Part shown: piece after piece, positions 58,840 through 64,000 of the stretch
How positions within the stretch are numbered: the stretch's first letter is position 1
Layout of the letters: every line of letters starts with the position of its first letter
Assembly: GCA_045577735.1 (NCBI GenBank)
Contig: JAZNIY010000017.1
Coordinates: forward strand, 6,972 to 70,971
Direction of reading: 5' to 3'
DNA from: Candidatus Stercoripulliclostridium sp.
Lineage (GTDB): Bacteria > Bacillota > Clostridia > Christensenellales > DTU072
Length of the DNA: 64,000 bases
Notes under the pieces: generated by a model
Told to the model about the DNA's origin: nothing
The model's database searches: none
The model's input: the letters and a program-made list of their open reading frames with translations, nothing else
Translations under genes and position numbers: made by a program

Positions 58840-60240
58840 TTAACACTTTTTGATTAGGCGTAGATAGAACTCAACGGCTTCCCATATACCCTTAAAGGTA
58901 ATGCGCTCGTTATGTCCGTGTATCGTTCTTCTTTCCTCGGCACTCATGGATTGTGCGCTAAAGCGATATACTTTGTCGGAAATCTTGCCGTAATGTTGTG
59001 AGTCGGAGCAAGCGAACATTAGGTATGGAGTTACAACGGCATCGGGGAAGGTTTCGCCTACTGCTTCTTTTACAATTTCGAACTCTTCACAATCGGTGCG
59101 TGACACAACAGAGGGATTATTACCGTTAACGATATTAACTTCTACTCTATCGTCGTTAATTACCTTCTTTACGTATTCAACCGTGCTTTCCATAGTTTCG
59201 CCGGTCATTATACGGAAGTTAGAAAGCATTTCTGCTTGAGCAGGGAGTACGTTACGTCCGTTGGAGCCCTTCATTTGGGTAAATGCACAAGTGGTACGCA
59301 TAAGTGCGTTGATTTCTCCACCACCCATTTTGCCTATTAAGGAAAGAACGGGTTTGAAGAGCCACATATTTGCAAATATTAGTCGGTACAAGAAGGTAGA
59401 ACGTCTACCTAGAGTATCGAAAAGTGCCAAAGTGGGAGCAGTAAAGTTGGCTTTAAAGGGTTTGCTTTCAATCTTACAGCAAGCTTTGGAAAGAATACCT
59501 ATGGGAGTTTTTGCGGGAGGGCTAGAAGCGTGTCCACCCTTTGATTTTACGGTATAGGAAAGATTTAACATACCCTTTTCTGCAATACCTATAACGGCAA
59601 CTCTGTCCTTAACGCCGGGGAATACGTTTTGTACTACGGCACCACCCTCGTCAACTACAAGTTGAACGTTTACGCCACGGCGAGCAAATTCGTCAACGAT
59701 GGCGGGACAGGTGGGACCGGATATTTCTTCGTCACCTGCAAAGCAAAGATATATATCGTTTTTAGGAGTAAAGCCTTCCTTAATTAGCGTTTCTACTGCT
59801 TGAAGACATCCGTTCAAGGTTGACTTGGTATCAAGAGTACCTCTGCCCCAAAGTGTTTCACCCTCTATGATGCCGGCAAAGGGCTCTTTTTCCCAACCAC
59901 TTTCGTCAACTTCAACCACGTCAAAGTGTGACATAAGAACGGTTGCTTTTTCGTCACTCATTCCCTTCCAATGGAATACGATACCGCGCCTACCAATATT
60001 TTCTTTAACACAAGTAGCGTGTACTACGGGGAATAATTCAACGAGTTTATCTTCAAACTTCTTAAATTCAGCATCGTCTTCAAGAGAGTAATCGGCATTT
60101 GAAATGGTCTTACAAAGCACCATTTCACGAAGGTCGTTAACAGCCTTTTCCTTGTCAAATGAAACGGGTTCTACAGCCTTTTCCACCCTAGCTTTGGGCT
60201 TAAACATAAGAGCTCTTAATAATAGAATTAAAGTTAGCAT
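58840..60240 (-). CDS. M20-family metallopeptidase
   Basis: 466 aa with SHFDVV, GRGTLDTK and GDEEISG motifs. Confidence 0.8.
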   Translation of the reverse strand: MLTLILLLRALMFKPKARVEKAVEPVSFDKEKAVNDLREMVLCKTISNADYSLEDDAEFKKFEDKLVELFPVVHATCVKENIGRRGIVFHWKGMSDEKATVLMSHFDVVEVDESGWEKEPFAGIIEGETLWGRGTLDTKSTLNGCLQAVETLIKEGFTPKNDIYLCFAGDEEISGPTCPAIVDEFARRGVNVQLVVDEGGAVVQNVFPGVKDRVAVIGIAEKGMLNLSYTVKSKGGHASSPPAKTPIGILSKACCKIESKPFKANFTAPTLALFDTLGRRSTFLYRLIFANMWLFKPVLSLIGKMGGGEINALMRTTCAFTQMKGSNGRNVLPAQAEMLSNFRIMTGETMESTVEYVKKVINDDRVEVNIVNGNNPSVVSRTDCEEFEIVKEAVGETFPDAVVTPYLMFACSDSQHYGKISDKVYRFSAQSMSAEERRTIHGHNERITFKGIWEAVEFYLRLIKKC

Positions 60241-60257
60241 ATTTCACCTCTTAAAAT

Positions 60258-60286
60258 ATGATAACACTAAATCATTAACTTTTCAA
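60258..60286 (-). promoter_or_regulatory. Candidate promoter for the M20 peptidase gene
   Basis: TTGAAA, a 17-nt spacer, then TATCAT on the minus strand. Confidence 0.5.
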
Positions 60287-60353
60287 GTTAAGCGTAATTA
60301 CTTTCATAAATTTTGCTAAATTTGCGCAAAAAAGAAAGGGCACCTAGTCGCTC

Positions 60354-60541
60354 TTCCCGTAGGGAATTGCGACAACTAAATAAATCCTTACGGATTTGTG
60401 ATATTCGTCTAACGACGAGTGATATTGCCTTACGGCAGTGATATTCGCCTACGGCGAGTTATGGATTTATTTAATATCACTTTGGCGTAGCCAAAATATA
60501 ACTGCTTGTAAAACAAGCAATACAACTTTTTGCCACAAGGC
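60354..60541. repeat. Array of eight mini-hairpins, including three tandem GTGATAT-plus-hairpin units
   Basis: Stems are ttccc/gggaa, aatcc/ggatt, tcgtc/gacga, tgcc/ggca, tcgcc/ggcga, ttggc/gccaa, tgcttg/caagca and gcc/ggc. Loops are GTA, TTAC, TAAC or TAC. Confidence 0.8.
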
Positions 60542-60581
60542 TAAAAATATAACTTATTAAACTTAATCTTTTGTGGATAAG

Positions 60582-60626
60582 AAAAGCCCACCATATTTCG
60601 CTTTTTGCGAAGTATAGTGGGCTATA
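60582..60626 (-). terminator. Terminator after the 819-aa lipoprotein gene
   Basis: 17-bp imperfect stem agcccaccatatttcgc / gcgaagtatagtgggct, followed by a T-rich tail on the minus strand. Confidence 0.65.
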
Positions 60627-60690
60627 CTTTTGTTATGAACTAAAAATCCCTAATAGAAGAGACCTTAAAGTGCCCTTAAATATTTCATAA

Positions 60691-63150
60691 CTAACTCTTT
60701 ATTAATTGTATAACAGTATAGTCAGTATATTCAAAGTAATACTCGCTTTCTTGAAAAACCAGTTCGAAACAGATGATATCTCCGCCTTCCGGGTTGGAAT
60801 AGCTAATAATTCCATTTTCTTTCAAAATCACACTCTCCTTTTTTGTTGTTTCACACTCTTTTATATGAAAATCATCAACAAACACAACCAAGCTCTCAAG
60901 AATTTCGACTTTTAAATTATTATGCCAATTGTTATCTACTTTGCCCTCCACAGGAACAATAAATTGTCTTAGGTCTATTTCAAGTTGAGATTGACCATCT
61001 ACAAATTCAAAGGTTTGCAGTGATGAAATACTGAATTTTGGTGTTTTTTTGATATTAAACATAAAACTTTCGTAGTTTTTGGTATCCGAATATTCAAACG
61101 TACAATATTCATTGGGTTCAAAATATGCGATAATATATTTTCCAAGCACTTCCTTTTCCATATTCTCGGAAGCGATTGTATCATCAATATAACTAATATC
61201 CTCTGGATTTGTTTTAGTATATAGTATTCCTTTATCTTTTATTTTAGCTATTAAATCTTCATCAAGATTTTCCATATCGACAATTTTCTCCTCTTTTTCG
61301 AGTTCATATAGATATAATTTACAGTGTTCCAAATTCATATTTTCAATATGGAAATCTAACAAATACCCAGGATATAATGGAGCATCGATAAATTCAACGT
61401 CTATTATCTCACTGCCCCTATAAGGATATGGAGCACTTACTTCCGCATGTATTTCATACCCATAAGAGTATGAATCACCTATAAAAACATTATTTTGTAC
61501 AAAACAAATATTTATATTATCTAGTAAGCTAATCGTCAGAGCGTAAGCACCATAAGTAGATGGCAATTCTAGCCCCTCTATTCCCGTATAATCAACCGAG
61601 TACAAACGAGCGTCGCAGTCCAAAGCGTTTGAAATGCCAGAAACAAAATCGTTTTGTTCCTCACTTGAAAGGCCTTCCGGTTGCTCTTCTATAATATATG
61701 TAAGGTTTGGAACCATTTCTTCACTCAAATTAATTGCGTATTTGTTTAGCGTCATTTCATATTGGAACGTTGCTTCGTGGTTTGAATATCCCTTCAAATT
61801 CTCCAAAGCATCACTGCCCAGCTTCTTTTTGTCAATCGTTAGGAACAATGGCGATTTTACAAAAACACCTTCCTCAAATTCTGCCAACCTTGTATATTCA
61901 ACAAATACTATTTCTTCAGAAGGTATTTCTTCCGTAAGCGAGCCTTTCTTGTACCATTTTTCGTCCCTATAGTCTACTTCGTGGTATTCCTCCCCAACTT
62001 TGTGAGCTTGAACGTTTATTACAAAGTTTTGTAATGACAAAAGTGATTGTTGTTGCCACGTGTTATTTGAAAAATACTTCAAAGACATATATTTGCTAGC
62101 ATCTTCCTTTTCAATTAACGGTACACCAACGGCCTGTACTAACGGCACAACTACGCCCTCTTCCCCTTCGACCATTAGGTCTTTGTATTGGATGCACTCA
62201 AGGAGGTACCTGGGAGATAGTGAGGAACTATTTGCTAAAAACATCTTTTCAATATCAAAAGTTGCAAAAGTGTTAGTTCCGTATGTAAGTTCATTTGCCG
62301 TAATTTCAATTTTTATAGGATTGGAATATTGTACGGCATAAAAATCGGTTGCTTCAATTTGTGCTAATGCCAAATATCTTCCAGGAGCAAGGTAGTTACC
62401 CGCGTTAGACATAAACTTAAATTGCGCGCCATTGTATGAGCCAACTTGATTTTGTAGTACGTATTCATACTTGTTTTCTGCTAGTTCATAACCCCTATCG
62501 TCTTTAATTATGGGATAGGATATTACTCTACCCTCCAAGTCACTTGTTGATTTGGTTAGCAAACAAAAAGCTTTCCCTTCAAAAATAGATTGTGCGTGCT
62601 CTATTTTGTAATACTCTTGCCCAGCCTCCAACTCAACGTCTACTATTGAAGACTCTCCCGCTTCCCCTATTTTTCCAACCGAAAGAGTTATGGGCTCCCC
62701 TGCACCTTTCTTAATTTCTATCATCAGGTCTTGAGTGAGGTCGCCATAAGAAGCCGTAAAGGTTAATTTGTAGGAACCAGCTGTACTTTCCGCACTTTCA
62801 CCATTTTTTAAAAATGCAAAAAAGTTGTTAACTTCCTCATACTTTCCACTCTCGTTTTTTGCATAGGGCTTGCAAGTGTATTGCTCTTTGTCAAGTAACT
62901 TTTTCGTACCATTGGAATAGGTATAGTAAACCTTGACGTCGTCTAAAGTGAAGGCCTCCTCGTTTCCATCTATTTTATCAAGCGCAAACGTGTAAAAATT
63001 GGGATTCGTGCAGTCCTTTACGTAAACGTCTATCCCGGTAATTGTAACCTTTATATTTTCAGCTTTTTTCGAAGTACACGCATTAAGCCCAAAAACACAA
63101 ATTAATACAAAGAGCGCTATGACTAATACTATCAAAAATCTTTTTTTCAT
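60691..63150 (-). CDS. Large lipoprotein, unknown function
   Basis: 819 aa with a signal peptide and lipobox LNAC. I recognised no catalytic motif. Confidence 0.6.
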   Translation of the reverse strand: MKKRFLIVLVIALFVLICVFGLNACTSKKAENIKVTITGIDVYVKDCTNPNFYTFALDKIDGNEEAFTLDDVKVYYTYSNGTKKLLDKEQYTCKPYAKNESGKYEEVNNFFAFLKNGESAESTAGSYKLTFTASYGDLTQDLMIEIKKGAGEPITLSVGKIGEAGESSIVDVELEAGQEYYKIEHAQSIFEGKAFCLLTKSTSDLEGRVISYPIIKDDRGYELAENKYEYVLQNQVGSYNGAQFKFMSNAGNYLAPGRYLALAQIEATDFYAVQYSNPIKIEITANELTYGTNTFATFDIEKMFLANSSSLSPRYLLECIQYKDLMVEGEEGVVVPLVQAVGVPLIEKEDASKYMSLKYFSNNTWQQQSLLSLQNFVINVQAHKVGEEYHEVDYRDEKWYKKGSLTEEIPSEEIVFVEYTRLAEFEEGVFVKSPLFLTIDKKKLGSDALENLKGYSNHEATFQYEMTLNKYAINLSEEMVPNLTYIIEEQPEGLSSEEQNDFVSGISNALDCDARLYSVDYTGIEGLELPSTYGAYALTISLLDNINICFVQNNVFIGDSYSYGYEIHAEVSAPYPYRGSEIIDVEFIDAPLYPGYLLDFHIENMNLEHCKLYLYELEKEEKIVDMENLDEDLIAKIKDKGILYTKTNPEDISYIDDTIASENMEKEVLGKYIIAYFEPNEYCTFEYSDTKNYESFMFNIKKTPKFSISSLQTFEFVDGQSQLEIDLRQFIVPVEGKVDNNWHNNLKVEILESLVVFVDDFHIKECETTKKESVILKENGIISYSNPEGGDIICFELVFQESEYYFEYTDYTVIQLIKS

Positions 63151-63275
63151 ACAATATCTCCTTACATCTTTTTAATGTATACAGGTATATAACTTCAATA
63201 ACACCTCTTGTGGCTCATCGTAGTTTGAATATGCAGAGAAAACCACCTTCCTTCGCGTATAGTATTATAATTTTT

Positions 63276-63323
63276 TGTACATAATATGTACATCTATGCC
63301 AATTATAGTACAGATAATGTACA
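63276..63323. promoter_or_regulatory. Putative operator palindromes with TGTACA half-sites
   Basis: TGTACATAATATGTACA (63276-63292, a perfect 17-bp palindrome) and GTACAGATAATGTACA (63308-63323), directly upstream of the XRE gene. Confidence 0.5.
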
Positions 63324-63539
63324 ATGTCAATTATGAAAAACAAAATTGGGCCACAATTAAAAGAATTAAGAAAAGAAATGGGGCTAACTCAACAACAATT
63401 TGCTGACAAATTGGGTCTTTCACGAGTAAACTATACCAGGTATGAAACCGACGCCGTTTGTCCGGATTATGATACGCTAATAGCAATTGCCGACTTTTAT
63501 AAAATACCGTTAGACTATTTGTTCAATAGAGAGATATAA
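63324..63539 (+). CDS. XRE-family helix-turn-helix transcriptional regulator
   Basis: 71 aa containing LTQQQFADKLGLSRVNYTRYE. The start could instead be the second ATG at 63333. Confidence 0.8.
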   Translation: MSIMKNKIGPQLKELRKEMGLTQQQFADKLGLSRVNYTRYETDAVCPDYDTLIAIADFYKIPLDYLFNREI

Positions 63540-63570
63540 AAAAATACTCCCAATTTGGGAGTATTTTTTA
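63538..63570. terminator. Bidirectional terminator
   Basis: aatactccc / gggagtatt, flanked by an A-run and a T-run. Confidence 0.7.
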
Positions 63571-63583
63571 AAACCGATTTTAT

Positions 63584-64000
63584 TATTTTCCAAGTATTGC
63601 AAGTATGCCGTTTATGATTAGTACAACACCTATTACGATGAATACCCAGTCAACGAGAACCCATTTTGCAACGATGAGGAAAATGCCAACGATGAGGGTA
63701 ATTACAGGCTTAATAAGTGCCATCCAACCCTTTTTCTTAAAGTCTTTTACTATCATTACGATTTCGTAAATGGAATATGCTACAAGACCAATACCAAGAA
63801 CTAATAATGCAATATCAAGAATGGTCCAACCACATACGATAACGGCTATGCCAAGTATGATTTCTATAACGGCAGGAATATATTTCTTTTTAACTATATC
63901 GTAAACGCCCAGTCCAATTAGAACTACGCCAACGATGGTTAAAAGAACGTTAACTAGACCTGCACGGAAAATGCAGAAAAGAATACCTAGGACGATTAGT
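63584..64000 (-). CDS. Partial multi-pass membrane protein (DUF308/HdeD-like), N-terminus outside the window
   Basis: My manual minus-strand translation is open to the window edge and ends ...VDWVFIVIGVVLIINGILAILGK-stop. It is absent from the ORF track because it has no start codon inside the window. Confidence 0.55.

Overview
This window looks like a chromosomal, mostly minus-strand housekeeping region of a low-GC anaerobic Firmicute, probably Clostridia-like. Supporting genes are spoVG, ecfA1-ecfA2-ecfT-truA-rplM-rpsI, rpmE-prmC-prfA, PFOR and an [FeFe]-hydrogenase-like sensor cluster. I found no rRNA, tRNA, CRISPR array, transposase, integrase or phage gene. Recognisable protein-coding content:
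- nadE, ung, trpS, thrC, murC, ppa and mscL.
- An htrA plus two-component operon.
- A sialidase with neighbouring glycosidase-like genes.
- A P-type ATPase.
- gldA plus a fused dihydroxyacetone kinase.
- Several hydrolases.
- An ECF-type sigma factor with C-terminal transmembrane helices.
- Several orphan membrane proteins and lipoproteins.

The most unusual content is non-coding. Four long intergenic regions (5228-5986, 48593-49428, 57634-58068, 60241-60690) carry a related family of structured repeats:
- 127-131-nt long-hairpin units. Their arms co-vary, their apical cores resemble terminators, and they abut the stop codons of minus-strand genes.
- Blocks of NNGCGGA heptamers, with 41-nt and 27-nt segments shared identically between two loci.
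- An array of mini-hairpins separated by GTGATAT spacers.
- A 105-nt tract with almost no G and a strict 5-nt CTNNN/NNNAG periodicity.

A 54-aa Cys-rich ORF, absent from the ORF track, lies divergent from an ArsR/SmtB regulator. All functional readings of the repeats are hypotheses. No database search was possible.
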